Below are positions 1 to 11,949 of a stretch of 63,369 nt of DNA, piece after piece. Location: positions 1 through 63,369 of the forward strand of contig SIAW01000003.1 in assembly GCA_009695465.1 (NCBI GenBank), read 5' to 3'. Position numbers and translations under genes: made by a program. Source of the DNA: Pedosphaera sp. (GTDB lineage: Bacteria; Verrucomicrobiota; Verrucomicrobiia; Limisphaerales; UBA1100). Below the pieces are notes generated by a model. That model saw only the letters and a program-made list of their open reading frames with translations. It searched no databases and had not been told where the DNA came from. Each line of letters starts with the position of its first letter. Within the stretch, counting starts at the first letter, position 1.

Positions 1-33
1 CCCCCAGCGGACTGTCACGTCCGCATTGTCAAT

Positions 34-1116
34 TCAAGCCCCGCACTGGGCGCGATGACGCAGTGCGTGATCCACAAGCACCAACGCCGCCATCGCTTCC
101 ACCATCGGCACTGCGCGCGGCAACACGCAGGGATCGTGGCGGCCACGGGCCTTGAGCTTCACGTTTCGTCCCTCGACACTCACCGTCTCCTGTTCCTGCA
201 AGATGGTGGCCGTGGGCTTGAACCCCACGCGGAAGTGGATCGACTCACCATTGGAGATGCCGCCCTGCACACCGCCGGAACGATTGGTGAGCGTGCGCAC
301 GCGACCGTCGCGCATGCGAAATACGTCGTTGTGTTCGCTGCCTTTGAGCAGTGTGCCGGCGAAGCCCGAGCCAATCTCAAAACCTTTGCTCGCCGGCAGA
401 CTGAGCATCGCCTTGCCCAAGTCCGCCTCCAATCTGTCAAACACCGGCTCACCCCAACCCGGCGGCACGCCGCGCGCCACGCAAGTCACCACGCCGCCCA
501 CGCTGTCGCCGGCTTTGCGGATGCGCTCGATGAGCGCGATCATCCGCTTCGCCACCGCGCCGTCGGGGCAGCGCACGATGTTGGATTCCACCTGCTGCAG
601 AGTCAGCCTCTCTAAATCCACCGCCGCCGCGATGTCCTTCACCTGCGTCACGCAGGCGAGAATCTCCACGCCGAATTGTTCGCGCAGGATTTTCTTGGCG
701 ATGGCACCGGCGGCGACGCGGCCAATCGTTTCCCGCGCGCTGGTGCGTCCGCCACCCGGCCATGCGCGGATGCCGAACTTGGCGTGATAGGTGAAATCTG
801 CGTGCGACGGCCGGAACTTCGTGGCCATCTCCGTGTACGCCTCCGACCGTTGATCGGTGTTGGCCACCAGCATCGCGACGGGCGTGCCCAGCGTGTGCCC
901 CTCGAACGTCCCGGATAAAATGCGGACGATGTCCGTCTCCTGCCGTTGCGTGACGATGCGCGATTGGCCGGGGCGGCGGCGGTCCAACTCCGGTTGGATG
1001 TCCGCCTCCGTCAACGCCAGTCGTGGCGGGCAACCGTCCACCACCACGCCCACCCCCGCACCGTGCGATTCGCCCCAAGTCGTGATGCGAAATAGTTCGC
1101 CAAAGGAATTGCCCAT
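34..1116 (-). CDS. aroC: chorismate synthase
   Basis: From the internal ATG at 1116 the protein reads [19 protein letters not shown]..., the canonical AroC N-terminus. Conserved stretches [17 protein letters not shown] and RHDPCV are present. The TTG at 1155 in the track looks like an over-extension. Confidence 0.92.
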   Translation of the reverse strand: MGNSFGELFRITTWGESHGAGVGVVVDGCPPRLALTEADIQPELDRRRPGQSRIVTQRQETDIVRILSGTFEGHTLGTPVAMLVANTDQRSEAYTEMATKFRPSHADFTYHAKFGIRAWPGGGRTSARETIGRVAAGAIAKKILREQFGVEILACVTQVKDIAAAVDLERLTLQQVESNIVRCPDGAVAKRMIALIERIRKAGDSVGGVVTCVARGVPPGWGEPVFDRLEADLGKAMLSLPASKGFEIGSGFAGTLLKGSEHNDVFRMRDGRVRTLTNRSGGVQGGISNGESIHFRVGFKPTATILQEQETVSVEGRNVKLKARGRHDPCVLPRAVPMVEAMAALVLVDHALRHRAQCGA

Positions 1117-1179
1117 GCGCGGACGATCATGGCACGAAGCGCAGGCACGGGTCAAACCTCACGGGGCGGCGCACTCCAC

Positions 1180-3795
1180 TCATTTCAACTCCAACAATTC
1201 TTTTTCCGTCCACGGCAATTGACGCCGGGCATTCGCCGCCTTCACGCGGGCCACCGCCTCGGGCGTGACGGGATCCGCCTCGTGCTCCCACTCGCGCCGC
1301 GCATAGGTCAGGATGGCCGCGATCTGTTTCTCATCGAAGCCCTGCAGCGCGGGCATGCTCATCGTGTACGTGCGCCCGTGCAGCGTGATGGGCCCGGTGA
1401 CACCGTGCAGCACGATGCCGATGGCGCGCTCCGCCGAGCCTGTCAAAAATGGCGAATCCAAAAGCGGCGGGGCCTTGCCTTCCTCGCCCAGTCCGTTGGC
1501 CTGATGACACGTTGCACAGGCGACTTGATACAACTCGCGACCGGCAACAAAGCGCGCTTGCTCTTCCGCTGTGAGTGCGCGCGGCGGGGCTTTCGGTTTG
1601 GCAGCTTCTCCCCAGACAAGAAATTTTTCCAGACGCGCCAAGCGATCTTTCATTGCGGCGTCCTTCGCCAACTCCACCAGTGCGGCTGGCTGGGATTTGA
1701 AGGCCACGGGTTTCACCGCGCGCTCCTTCGAGAACGCTGCGGCCAGCACGCCGTCCAGCAATGTCTGCCGCAACGCGCCCGGTTGCGCTGCCGCTACGCG
1801 CAGCAATTTCTCCAGCCGCTGCGGCTCGCGTTGGCGCACCACACAACCGGCCAGCGCTGTGAGGATGTCGCGGATGTGCGGACGGTTCGGCTGCCACGCT
1901 AACTCCGCCGCTGCGCGTTGCAGGAACTCCAACTCGCGCCCGGCCAGTCCCGTGATCAGTGCTTCGCGGATGATGACGTCCTGTCCGTGCTGCGCGACAA
2001 AGCTGCGCAACACCGTCTCCACTCCGGGCAGTCGCAAATTGGAAAGCGTCAGCGCGAACTGCCGGCGCACGTCGCGATCGGGTTCAGTCTGCAACGCAAG
2101 CAGGCTCTGCAACATTTCCTGCCGCGTCTCCTCATCGCCTGCGGGGATCTGCGCGAACCACGCCTCGGTGGTGCGCAACGCAGCGATGCGCACGCGCGGA
2201 TGTTTGGCTGACAGCGCGGTTTGCAGTGTGGCGGCATCCAACGCGCCGAGTCCTTCGAGCGTCCACAGCGCGTGCTGTGCCGCCATCGCGTTCGTCTCTT
2301 GTTTGGCAAGCTGCCGCAGCGCGGGCGCCACGGTGGCGTTGCCCTGCTGCACAAGCAATCGCTGCGCGGTGTCGCGCCACCAACCGTTGGCGTGAGAGAG
2401 ATGCGTCACCCACTGCTCCGGGGTTTGCGAAGAAAAAGCGGGCGGCGCTCCCGGCGTTTTTGATTCGTGCACCACGCGGTAGATGCGGCCGAGGCCGATG
2501 GACTGGTCGAGTTTGCGTTCGATGATCTGCTTGCGCAGAAACGGTGTGATGTAGAGTTTGTGCTGCAAGATGCCGCGGTACATATCCACGATGTACAGGC
2601 AGCCGTCGGGGCCGTTGTAGAGATTGGTCGGGCGAAAACGTTCATCGGTGGAGGTGAGCCATTCCTCTTTTTTGTAAGCGTTCTCGCCTTTGGGCTGGCC
2701 GTCCTGCCACGTGATTTTCTGGTGGCGAACCATGTTGCCGGCAGGCTCGGCGATGAACACGTCGCCAATCATCTGCGCGGGATACTGGTCGCCGCGATAG
2801 ACCACGGGGCCGCAAGCGGCCGTGAATGTGGACAGATGCCCCGCGCGCAGCATCGCCGGTTGATAACCTCGGTTGATGCCCGGATTGACGCGACTGGTCC
2901 AGACCTCGTTGCTGCCGAAGAGGCGCACGCCCGCGCCTTGTGTGGCGGCGTAATGCAGATTGCGCACGGTGTACTCGGTGGGAATCAAGTCCACATGCAA
3001 CGGGCTGGAGTTGCTGTTGTGATAAATCCGGCCGTGATCATCCTGCGTGATGCCCCACTGCCCGCGCGCGGTGGTGTTTGTCACCGCCCACTGGCCACCG
3101 ATCAGCCGCAGTCGCCGCGAAGATTTGGCGTTGTAGAGCCAGTTGTCCAAGCCGTGCATCAACCCGTTGTCGGTGTGTTCCACCGGACCTTGCCGCGCGA
3201 AATCCTTGAGCACCGCTGTGCGCCGATCGCAGACGCGGTCGCCATCGGTGTCCTCGCAGAACCACAGGTTGGGCGGCTCGGCGACCAGCACGCCGCCTTT
3301 GACCAACGCCACGGCGCGCGGCATTTGCAGGCCCGACAAAAATTCAGTGCGCCGATCCATACGCCCATCGCCGTTGGTGTCCTCCAAAACCACAATGCTA
3401 CCCAGCCGCGCGTCTTCGCCCCGGCCTTCCACGTTGGGCATGTAGGCGCGCATCTCCACCACCCAAAACCGGCCGTCGCCATCAATGGCCATCGCCACGG
3501 GGTCGTGCACCAACGGATCGGCGGCGACAATCTCGATGCGGAATCCGGGCGCCAGCTTGAAAGTCTTGAGCGCCTGCTCTGCCGTCAATGCAGGCGCGGG
3601 CGGCACGTCCATCTCGCGCCAGACTTCCTTCATCACCTCCACTTTGGCGGCAGGAGCAACGGCAGGCTGTGCGAGCGACGGTGCGGCCAGTCCTGTCAGG
3701 ATTTGTCCTGCCAACAGTGGGAGCACCAGCGCAAGTTGCGTTGTTTTCAAGAACCGGCAGCATACCCGCAGCGGCCGGTCACGGGTCAACCGCAA
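1180..3795 (-). CDS. PVC-type membrane-bound dehydrogenase / HEAT-repeat / C-terminal CxxCH heme-binding protein
   Basis: 871 aa with a hydrophobic signal-like N-terminus (LALVLPLLAGQILTGLAAPSLA) and a large N-terminal dehydrogenase/propeller-like part, followed by helical repeats. The C-terminal cytochrome c module has CATCH plus a downstream Met. This architecture is typical of Pirellula/Verrucomicrobium-type proteins. Confidence 0.7.
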   Translation of the reverse strand: MRLTRDRPLRVCCRFLKTTQLALVLPLLAGQILTGLAAPSLAQPAVAPAAKVEVMKEVWREMDVPPAPALTAEQALKTFKLAPGFRIEIVAADPLVHDPVAMAIDGDGRFWVVEMRAYMPNVEGRGEDARLGSIVVLEDTNGDGRMDRRTEFLSGLQMPRAVALVKGGVLVAEPPNLWFCEDTDGDRVCDRRTAVLKDFARQGPVEHTDNGLMHGLDNWLYNAKSSRRLRLIGGQWAVTNTTARGQWGITQDDHGRIYHNSNSSPLHVDLIPTEYTVRNLHYAATQGAGVRLFGSNEVWTSRVNPGINRGYQPAMLRAGHLSTFTAACGPVVYRGDQYPAQMIGDVFIAEPAGNMVRHQKITWQDGQPKGENAYKKEEWLTSTDERFRPTNLYNGPDGCLYIVDMYRGILQHKLYITPFLRKQIIERKLDQSIGLGRIYRVVHESKTPGAPPAFSSQTPEQWVTHLSHANGWWRDTAQRLLVQQGNATVAPALRQLAKQETNAMAAQHALWTLEGLGALDAATLQTALSAKHPRVRIAALRTTEAWFAQIPAGDEETRQEMLQSLLALQTEPDRDVRRQFALTLSNLRLPGVETVLRSFVAQHGQDVIIREALITGLAGRELEFLQRAAAELAWQPNRPHIRDILTALAGCVVRQREPQRLEKLLRVAAAQPGALRQTLLDGVLAAAFSKERAVKPVAFKSQPAALVELAKDAAMKDRLARLEKFLVWGEAAKPKAPPRALTAEEQARFVAGRELYQVACATCHQANGLGEEGKAPPLLDSPFLTGSAERAIGIVLHGVTGPITLHGRTYTMSMPALQGFDEKQIAAILTYARREWEHEADPVTPEAVARVKAANARRQLPWTEKELLELK

Positions 3796-3870
3796 ACCTG
3801 TGCGCCGTGAATAGCTAGCGCTTGCCTTTGGCCGAACATCAGCGACACTCCCAGCAAGGAGAAGGGGGAG

Positions 3871-5190
3871 ATGGTTCCAGTCAATCGATTCCGCATTGTC
3901 GCTGCCGCGTGCGTTTGCCTTTGGGCGAGCGCCTGCGACACCCTGCGTGTGGGTCGCCTATTTCCCGAGCCGCCACCGTTTGACACCCGCATCCAGATTG
4001 CGGAGCTCAAGAAAAATGCGGAGCGCGGCAACGTGGTCGCCATGGCGCACTTGGGTTGGCGCTACGAAACGGGCACGGGTGTGCCAGCGGATTTGGGCCA
4101 CGCCTCGCAGTGGTATCGCATGGCGGCGGATGAGGGTCATTCGCTGGCGCAAAATAATCTGGGCTGCCTGTATCGCGATGGCCGCAGCATGCGCCAGGAT
4201 TATACGGAGGCCGCCAAGTGGTTTCGCCGCGCCGCCGATCAAGGCAACGATCATGCGCGCAATAATCTGGGCTGGCTGTACGAGCATGGCCGCGGTGTGG
4301 CGCAGGATTACGCGCAGGCCGCCAAGTGGTATCAACTGGCGGCTGAACCCAAGACCGATGTGTTGACGGACAAGTCGCTCCTCGGTCATGCCTTCGCGCA
4401 AAACAACCTCGGCAACCTGCTGCGCGATGGCAAGGGTGTGGAGGCCGATCCCGCGATGGCCGTGCGCTGGTACCGTCGCGCTGCCGAACAGGACAACCCG
4501 CACGCACTGCACAATCTTGGCGTGATGAACGAGCGCGGGCTGGGCGTGAAACAGAATTACGAGGAGGCCGGGCGGCATTACCTGCGCGCTGCGGAGCTGG
4601 GCAATGTGTACGCGATGAACAGCCTCGGATTTCTTTTCGAGAAAGGCATGGGCACCTCGCGCGATTACGACAAGGCCCTCTTCTGGTACAGCCAAGCCTC
4701 GGAGCGAGGCTACACACTGGCCATGCATAACTTGGGCGCGATGTACCGGGACGGGCGCGGTGTCAAACAGGACTACATCGCCGCTGCCGAGTGGTACGAG
4801 AAAGCCGCGATGAAAGGCAACGCCTACGCGCAGGCAATGCTGGGTTGGATGTACGAAGGCGGCCACGGCGTGCGACAGGATTTTCTGAAGGCGGCGGAAT
4901 GGTACCGGCAATCCGCGGTGCAGGGATTATCCGTCGGGCAAATCAGTCTTGGGCTTTTCTATTACCATGGCGCGGGCGTGCAGCAGGATTATGTGCAAGC
5001 GCACAAGTGGCTTTGCCTTTCGGCCAGTGCCGGCCACGAGAAGGCGGCCAAGTACAGTGTGGAAGTCGCCAAGAAAATGTCGGACGAACAACTGGACGAG
5101 TCCCAGCGATTGATCGAGATCTTCCGGCCCAAGCTCGAATCGCATGACTGGGTGTTTCAGCCGGTGGATAACCCGCTGCCCCGACCATGA
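3871..5190 (+). CDS. Sel1-repeat (SLR/TPR-like) protein, secreted or lipoprotein
   Basis: 439 aa with about 10 tandem units of the A..WY.KAA.QG...AQ..LG.MY..G.GV..D Sel1 signature. Signal-like N-terminus (AAACVCLWASAC). A GGAG-rich ribosome-binding site precedes the ATG. Confidence 0.82.
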   Translation: MVPVNRFRIVAAACVCLWASACDTLRVGRLFPEPPPFDTRIQIAELKKNAERGNVVAMAHLGWRYETGTGVPADLGHASQWYRMAADEGHSLAQNNLGCLYRDGRSMRQDYTEAAKWFRRAADQGNDHARNNLGWLYEHGRGVAQDYAQAAKWYQLAAEPKTDVLTDKSLLGHAFAQNNLGNLLRDGKGVEADPAMAVRWYRRAAEQDNPHALHNLGVMNERGLGVKQNYEEAGRHYLRAAELGNVYAMNSLGFLFEKGMGTSRDYDKALFWYSQASERGYTLAMHNLGAMYRDGRGVKQDYIAAAEWYEKAAMKGNAYAQAMLGWMYEGGHGVRQDFLKAAEWYRQSAVQGLSVGQISLGLFYYHGAGVQQDYVQAHKWLCLSASAGHEKAAKYSVEVAKKMSDEQLDESQRLIEIFRPKLESHDWVFQPVDNPLPRP

Positions 5191-5289
5191 GCTGCGCCGT
5201 TTCCACCACTGGTTATCGCCATGCCCACGGGCGCAATGTCAACAGCTTGCCATCGACACAATCAACGAAACTACCAAACTAAAACTGCC

Positions 5290-5712
5290 ATGAGGTTACA
5301 ACGTTCTCTTCTCCAAATCGGATTGCTGGGTGCCCTGTGCTTGACCGGATGTTTTGCCACGCAAAGCGGCGACTCCCGTTTCACCCCCAATGTCTTCACC
5401 AGCGACAAACTCGTCCGCCGTTATGATCGGCCGATCAATGTCGTGCTGCCCGCCGTGCGCAAGACGCTCAAAGACACCGGCACGTTGACCGCCGAGGATG
5501 CCACGCGCAATGTCCTCACCGCGCGCATCAACACACGCCACGTGTGGGTGAAGGTGGAGCAGGATGGCGAAAGCGAAAACATCAGCAAGGTCACCTATCA
5601 AGTGCGGACGGATTCCTCATTCCTCGTCGGTGGGCGCAATCCGGACATCCGGCTGGCTGCGGAACTGGCGGAGGACACTTTTAAGAACTTGGTGGAGCAG
5701 GAGAACAAGTAG
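5290..5712 (+). CDS. putative lipoprotein (DUF3568-like), function unknown
   Basis: From ATG 5290 the protein reads MRLQRSLLQIGLLGALCLTGC, a signal peptide with lipobox L-T-G-C. Small beta-rich mature part. The family name is from memory only. Confidence 0.55.
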   Translation: MRLQRSLLQIGLLGALCLTGCFATQSGDSRFTPNVFTSDKLVRRYDRPINVVLPAVRKTLKDTGTLTAEDATRNVLTARINTRHVWVKVEQDGESENISKVTYQVRTDSSFLVGGRNPDIRLAAELAEDTFKNLVEQENK

Positions 5713-5735
5713 CCGCCGCTCGGGCAGCCTGCCGG

Positions 5736-6743
5736 TCAGGCGGATTGCCTGTTCTTCAGCAAGAAGAGTCGCTCGCGCGCCTTCTCGGCCAGCACATGGC
5801 CGGGCAGGCGCGTTTCAATTTCCTCCAATGCCGCACGCGCCGAAAGGATGTTGCCCAGCTTGAGATGCCAGTCGGCCATGAGATTGAGCCAGCGCGCCAC
5901 GTCCTCGCGAGTTTGGTGCGGCGTCTGCACCAGCAACTCCAGCTCGGTGAAGGCCAGGTCCGCGCGTTCGTAGCGGCTGAAATAAATCTCCGCGAGCACT
6001 TCGCGCGTGTGATTGTCCAGCGGGTGCGCCTCCAAATGTTTCATACACTCGGAGACCAGCGTGCCGACATCGCCGGGTTGGTCGGCCTCGAACGTATTGG
6101 AGAGTCGCGCCGCGCGCTGCGCAATCTTCAACGCCAGCGCCGTGCCCGGATAACGCGCAATCAACATCTGCAACGTCGCCTGCGCTGCGGGCCGGTCTTG
6201 CGCAAACCGAATCTGCCAATCAGCGAGCGTGTTGAGCGCCCGCGAAATCTGGGTGGGCGTGTGATGGGGCTGCGTGACCAAGTTCTCCAAGGTCGCGCGC
6301 GCGGTGGCAAGGTCGCGCAGGTTCTCGGCATGGATTTGAGCGATGAGCAACTGGCCGTCAAAGTCGTCGGGGAACTGCTGCAACTGGCCCTCGATCTCCG
6401 CCAGTGCGCCAGTTAAATCGCCGCGCCCGCGCTTGCCCTCGGCCATCGCGTAGTTGGGTTTGGATCCCAGATTTTCGCTGCCGGTGAGAAATCCCAATGT
6501 GCCATCGCTCATCATGCCGGCAATGGTCGGTGCCCAAATCAATCCCAGCACCACGAATGGCAAGCCCATCGCCGCAGTCGCGCCCGTGCTCAACGTCGTC
6601 CCCCAAAGCATCAGGATGAGCAGCAGCACCGACACCACGAGCTTCACCATCAGCGCGGTGTCCATCTCGCGGCGATGACGGACCATCTGGTAGCCGATGA
6701 AGCCGATGCCTCCCAGAATCAGCGGAATCAGTAGGTAGCGCAT
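5736..6743 (-). CDS. membrane protein with C-terminal TPR-like helical repeats, function unknown
   Basis: 335 aa with three N-terminal hydrophobic helices followed by repeated amphipathic helix pairs (ARATLENLV..., AQATLQMLIARYP..., ARAALEEIETRLP). The ATG at 6743 lies 6 nt after the stop of the upstream gene. Confidence 0.5.
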   Translation of the reverse strand: MRYLLIPLILGGIGFIGYQMVRHRREMDTALMVKLVVSVLLLILMLWGTTLSTGATAAMGLPFVVLGLIWAPTIAGMMSDGTLGFLTGSENLGSKPNYAMAEGKRGRGDLTGALAEIEGQLQQFPDDFDGQLLIAQIHAENLRDLATARATLENLVTQPHHTPTQISRALNTLADWQIRFAQDRPAAQATLQMLIARYPGTALALKIAQRAARLSNTFEADQPGDVGTLVSECMKHLEAHPLDNHTREVLAEIYFSRYERADLAFTELELLVQTPHQTREDVARWLNLMADWHLKLGNILSARAALEEIETRLPGHVLAEKARERLFLLKNRQSA

Positions 6744-6749
6744 GCGCGG

Positions 6750-7526
6750 CTACTTGGGCTTGGCCACCAGATCGAAGGTGATGGTCGTGCGCGTGCGCGT
6801 CTGCAGGTTGCGGATTTCCATCTCCTGCAACTGCCAATCCCCGCCGATCTTGCGAAAGGATTTTGGTTTGAACACCTTGAGCATCTCGCCCTTCGCGTCG
6901 TAGGCGAATGCTTGGATCAGCCCGTGCGTATCCTTGTCGATCCACGATTCCACGCGGGCGTACGCGCCGGGTTCGGGCTTGGCGTTCTCGCTTTCCAACA
7001 CAACACACATCTGGCTGCGACACATCTCCTCCTTCAACTTGCGCTGCTTGTCCCAGCCCAGAAATTCAAACCCGAAATCCGCCAGCCAAAAATCTGAGCC
7101 TGCGAAAGGTTGCATGGAGCGGCTTCCCTGAAAGCGCGCCGCCGTGGCCAACTCCGCGACACTGACATTGGTTGCGTACTCCGCCGGTTTGCCCACGCGC
7201 CGGAACACCGCGAAGCTGTTCACGCCATTGGTCGGCGCGGTGGCATTCGCCAGCCGATAGTAGTTCACCCACGTGCCCGTGTCGGCCAGGTGATAAATCT
7301 GGAACTGCGCACGTACCACCGGCTCGGCACCGTTGGGGCCCACTCGCAAAAATGTGGCGTTGCCCTCGTACTGCTGGCGCGGCGCAAGCTGTAGGAGCTT
7401 TTGCGCGAAGGCGCGTCCTTGGGTTTCCTGTTCGGCCAACGGCAACTCCGCCGCGTTGCCTGTTCCAACAATCCAAGCAAGAGTCGCCGCCAGACAAATT
7501 GGTTTGAGGGAGCGCAGCACGGTCAA
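6750..7526 (-). CDS. outer-membrane lipoprotein-sorting (LolA-like) family protein
   Basis: The C-terminal part (ARVESWIDKDTHGLIQAFAYDAKGEMLKVFKPKSFRKIGGDWQLQEMEIRN) fits the LolA-like family. The signal peptide LTVLRSLKPICLAATLAWIVGTGNA begins at TTG 7526 (GTG 7520 is an alternative). The track ORF extending to 7838 is an over-extension across the upstream small gene. Confidence 0.62.
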   Translation of the reverse strand: MTVLRSLKPICLAATLAWIVGTGNAAELPLAEQETQGRAFAQKLLQLAPRQQYEGNATFLRVGPNGAEPVVRAQFQIYHLADTGTWVNYYRLANATAPTNGVNSFAVFRRVGKPAEYATNVSVAELATAARFQGSRSMQPFAGSDFWLADFGFEFLGWDKQRKLKEEMCRSQMCVVLESENAKPEPGAYARVESWIDKDTHGLIQAFAYDAKGEMLKVFKPKSFRKIGGDWQLQEMEIRNLQTRTRTTITFDLVAKPK

Positions 7527-7714
7527 TCCTTCATCATCACGGTGGGGCGTTCGCCCTTTCGGCCAGTGACGACAAAGTTCACTTTGGGTGCCCCGTCGCA
7601 ACCGCAGCCGGTCTGTTTGTGGAAGTCTGTCTTGGAACGCCGCAGCCCTTTCCAAACAAAAAGCGCGAGCGTCGCAGCCACGATGGCCATCACAGTTGCT
7701 TGCTGCCAATCCAC
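7523..7714 (-). CDS. small Cys-rich membrane protein (FeoB-associated Cys-rich-like)
   Basis: 63 aa: one TM helix (AIVAATLALFVW), a basic stretch, then GCGCDG. GTG start at 7714, or ATG at 7690. Its TGA stop (7523-7525) overlaps the TTG start (7524-7526) of the next gene. Confidence 0.45.
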   Translation of the reverse strand: MDWQQATVMAIVAATLALFVWKGLRRSKTDFHKQTGCGCDGAPKVNFVVTGRKGERPTVMMKD

Positions 7715-7914
7715 GCCGCGAGATTAGGCCACAGTGCCCCAAGCGCAAGCCGCACCTCGTTTGGCGGAACATCCCGGGCGAGTTAACTGCGCCACGCAGC
7801 GGCACACTCGTGGGACAGTCTGTCTCATTTGTCTCCAAATAGACCGCGTGCCTGATTCTTGAAATGATTGCTTAACTGATTGTCCTTCAACACGAAGAAA
7901 GATTATTCACAGCG

Positions 7915-7930
7915 TGGCACAGCCGTTGCT
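7915..7930 (+). promoter_or_regulatory. candidate sigma-54 (-24/-12) promoter upstream of dnaK
   Basis: TGGCACagccgTTGCt matches TGGCAC-N5-TTGC(A/T) exactly. It ends 44 nt before the dnaK ATG. GGAGG Shine-Dalgarno at 7964-7968. Confidence 0.35.
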
Positions 7931-7973
7931 TGAGTGGGCTGAGTTCTCTGGGTAATCAACCACGGAGGCAAGT

Positions 7974-9893
<1,920 letters not shown>

Positions 9894-9950
9894 TTTCCCG
9901 TGGCGCGTGCCACACAATCACAGCAACCCCAAACAACAACCATACACAAC

Positions 9951-10244
9951 ATGTCACTAAACATACAACCACTCGGCGACCGGGTTCTCGTTGAACCAAG
10001 CGCAGAGGAAGATGTGAAGAAGGGCGGCATTATCATTCCTGATACCGCCAAGGAAAAACCGCAGGAAGGCAAAGTCGTGGCACTGGGCACCGGCAAGACC
10101 GATGATGACGGCAAGAAAGTACCCTTCGAAGTCAAAAAGGGCGACCGCGTGTTGGTCAGCAAATATGGCGGCACGGAAATCAAGGTCGACGGCAAGGAGT
10201 ACAAAATCTTCAACTCCGACGACATCCTGGCGATCGTGAAGTAA
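9951..10244 (+). CDS. groES: co-chaperonin GroES
   Basis: From ATG 9951 the protein reads [16 protein letters not shown]...[22 protein letters not shown], a 97-aa GroES. The track start at 9900 is over-extended. Confidence 0.95.
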   Translation: MSLNIQPLGDRVLVEPSAEEDVKKGGIIIPDTAKEKPQEGKVVALGTGKTDDDGKKVPFEVKKGDRVLVSKYGGTEIKVDGKEYKIFNSDDILAIVK

Positions 10245-10266
10245 CCTTTAACCCACAAAAAATACT

Positions 10267-11892
10267 ATGGCTGCAAAACAACTGATATTCGACGAACAGG
10301 CCCGCCAACGCATCCTCCGGGGTGTGGAGAAACTGGCCAAGGCTGTCAAAGTGACTCTCGGCCCGAAAGGCCGCAACGTCCTCATCGACAAAAAATTTGG
10401 CTCCCCCACCGCCACCAAGGACGGTGTGACGGTCGCCAAGGAGATCGAACTGGAGTGCCCGTTTGAAAACATGGGCGCGCAGATGGTGCGCGAAAGCGCG
10501 AGCAAGACCAGCGACGTGGCCGGTGACGGCACCACGACCGCCACGGTGTTGGCTGAAGCCATCTATCGCGAAGGTCTGCGCAGCGTGACCGCTGGCGCCA
10601 GCCCCATCCACATCCAACGCGGCATCCATAAGGCCGTTGAAGTCGCCGTCGCGGAGCTCGCCAAGATCTCCAAGAAGGTGAAGGACAAGGAAGAGATCAA
10701 GCAAGTAGCCACCGTCTCCGCCAACTGGGACACGAGCATCGGCGAGATCATCGCTGACGCCATGGATCAGGTCGGCAAAGACGGCACGATCACCGTCGAA
10801 GAAGCGCGCTCCATCGACACCACGCTCGAAGTGGTCGAGGGCATGCAGTTCGACAAAGGCTATCTCTCGCCCTACTTCATCACCGACGCGGACACGATGA
10901 TCACCACGCTCAAGGACTGCCACATTCTTCTGTACGAGAAGAAAGTCAGCAGCTTGAAGGACATCCAGCCCATCCTCGAGAAGGTGGTCGCCGCCGGCAA
11001 CAAGCCGCTGTTGATCATCGCCGAAGACGTCGAGGGCGAGGCACTGGCCACGTTGGTCGTCAACCGCATCCGCGGCACCATCAAGATCTGCGCCGTCAAG
11101 GCTCCGGGTTTTGGCGATCGTCGCAAGGCCATGATGGAAGACATCGCCATCCTGACCGGCGGCCGTTTCATCACCGAGGATCTCGGTCTGAAACTGGAGA
11201 CCATCGAACTGTCCGACCTCGGCCACGCTGAGACCGTCAAGGTGGAGAAAGAGAACACCACCATCATTGATGGCAACGGCAAATCCAGCGAGATCAAGGG
11301 GCGCATCGAACAAATCCGCCGCCAGATCGACGAGACCACCTCGGACTACGACCGCGAGAAATTGCAGGAGCGCCTGGCCAAGTTGGCCGGTGGCGTGGCC
11401 ATCATCAACGTTGGCGCCGCGACCGAGTCAGAGATGAAAGAGAAGAAGGCGCGCGTCGAAGACGCCCTGCACGCAACCCGTGCGGCCGTCGAAGAAGGCA
11501 TCGTGCCCGGCGGTGGTACCGCGCTGCTGCGCTGTCTGCCGGCCCTCGAGAAGATGAAACTTCAAGGGGACGAGCAACTCGGTGTGCAGATCGTTCGCCA
11601 CGCGCTGGAAGCGCCGCTGCGCGAACTGTCCGCCAATGCCGGACTCGAAGGCGCCGTGATCGTCCGTGGCGTGCTCGATGCCAAGGGCAATGTGGGTTAC
11701 AACTTGAGCACGGAAACTTACGTTGACCTCATCAAGGCCGGCGTGGTGGATCCGACCAAAGTCACCCGCAGCGCGTTGCAGAATGCCGCATCCATCGCGG
11801 CGCTGCTGCTCACCACCGAGTGCCTCATCACCGATATTCCTGAGAAGGAAAAGGCGTCCGGCGGTGGTGGCCATGACCACGACCACATGTAA
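10267..11892 (+). CDS. groEL: chaperonin GroEL
   Basis: 541 aa starting [20 protein letters not shown], with the [12 protein letters not shown] motif and a C-terminal [10 protein letters not shown] tail. Confidence 0.98.
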   Translation: MAAKQLIFDEQARQRILRGVEKLAKAVKVTLGPKGRNVLIDKKFGSPTATKDGVTVAKEIELECPFENMGAQMVRESASKTSDVAGDGTTTATVLAEAIYREGLRSVTAGASPIHIQRGIHKAVEVAVAELAKISKKVKDKEEIKQVATVSANWDTSIGEIIADAMDQVGKDGTITVEEARSIDTTLEVVEGMQFDKGYLSPYFITDADTMITTLKDCHILLYEKKVSSLKDIQPILEKVVAAGNKPLLIIAEDVEGEALATLVVNRIRGTIKICAVKAPGFGDRRKAMMEDIAILTGGRFITEDLGLKLETIELSDLGHAETVKVEKENTTIIDGNGKSSEIKGRIEQIRRQIDETTSDYDREKLQERLAKLAGGVAIINVGAATESEMKEKKARVEDALHATRAAVEEGIVPGGGTALLRCLPALEKMKLQGDEQLGVQIVRHALEAPLRELSANAGLEGAVIVRGVLDAKGNVGYNLSTETYVDLIKAGVVDPTKVTRSALQNAASIAALLLTTECLITDIPEKEKASGGGGHDHDHM

Positions 11893-11920
11893 TTGATCGT
11901 CGGCAACGACTGAATCACGA

Positions 11921-11948
11921 CGGGGCTGGGCAACCAGCCCCGTTTTTA
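11921..11948 (+). terminator. rho-independent terminator after groEL
   Basis: Perfect 9-bp stem CGGGGCTGG/CCAGCCCCG with a GCAA loop, followed by TTTTT. It lies between convergent groEL and the mutarotase gene. Confidence 0.75.
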
Positions 11949-11949
11949 T

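Noticed and set aside
7858-7864. CTTGAAA, identical to the sigma-32 -35 element, upstream of dnaK
   Set aside because: No CCCCAT-like -10 element lies 13-15 nt downstream; the sequence there is tgattgcttaactgattgtcc. A 7-mer match alone inside an AT-rich block is not evidence.
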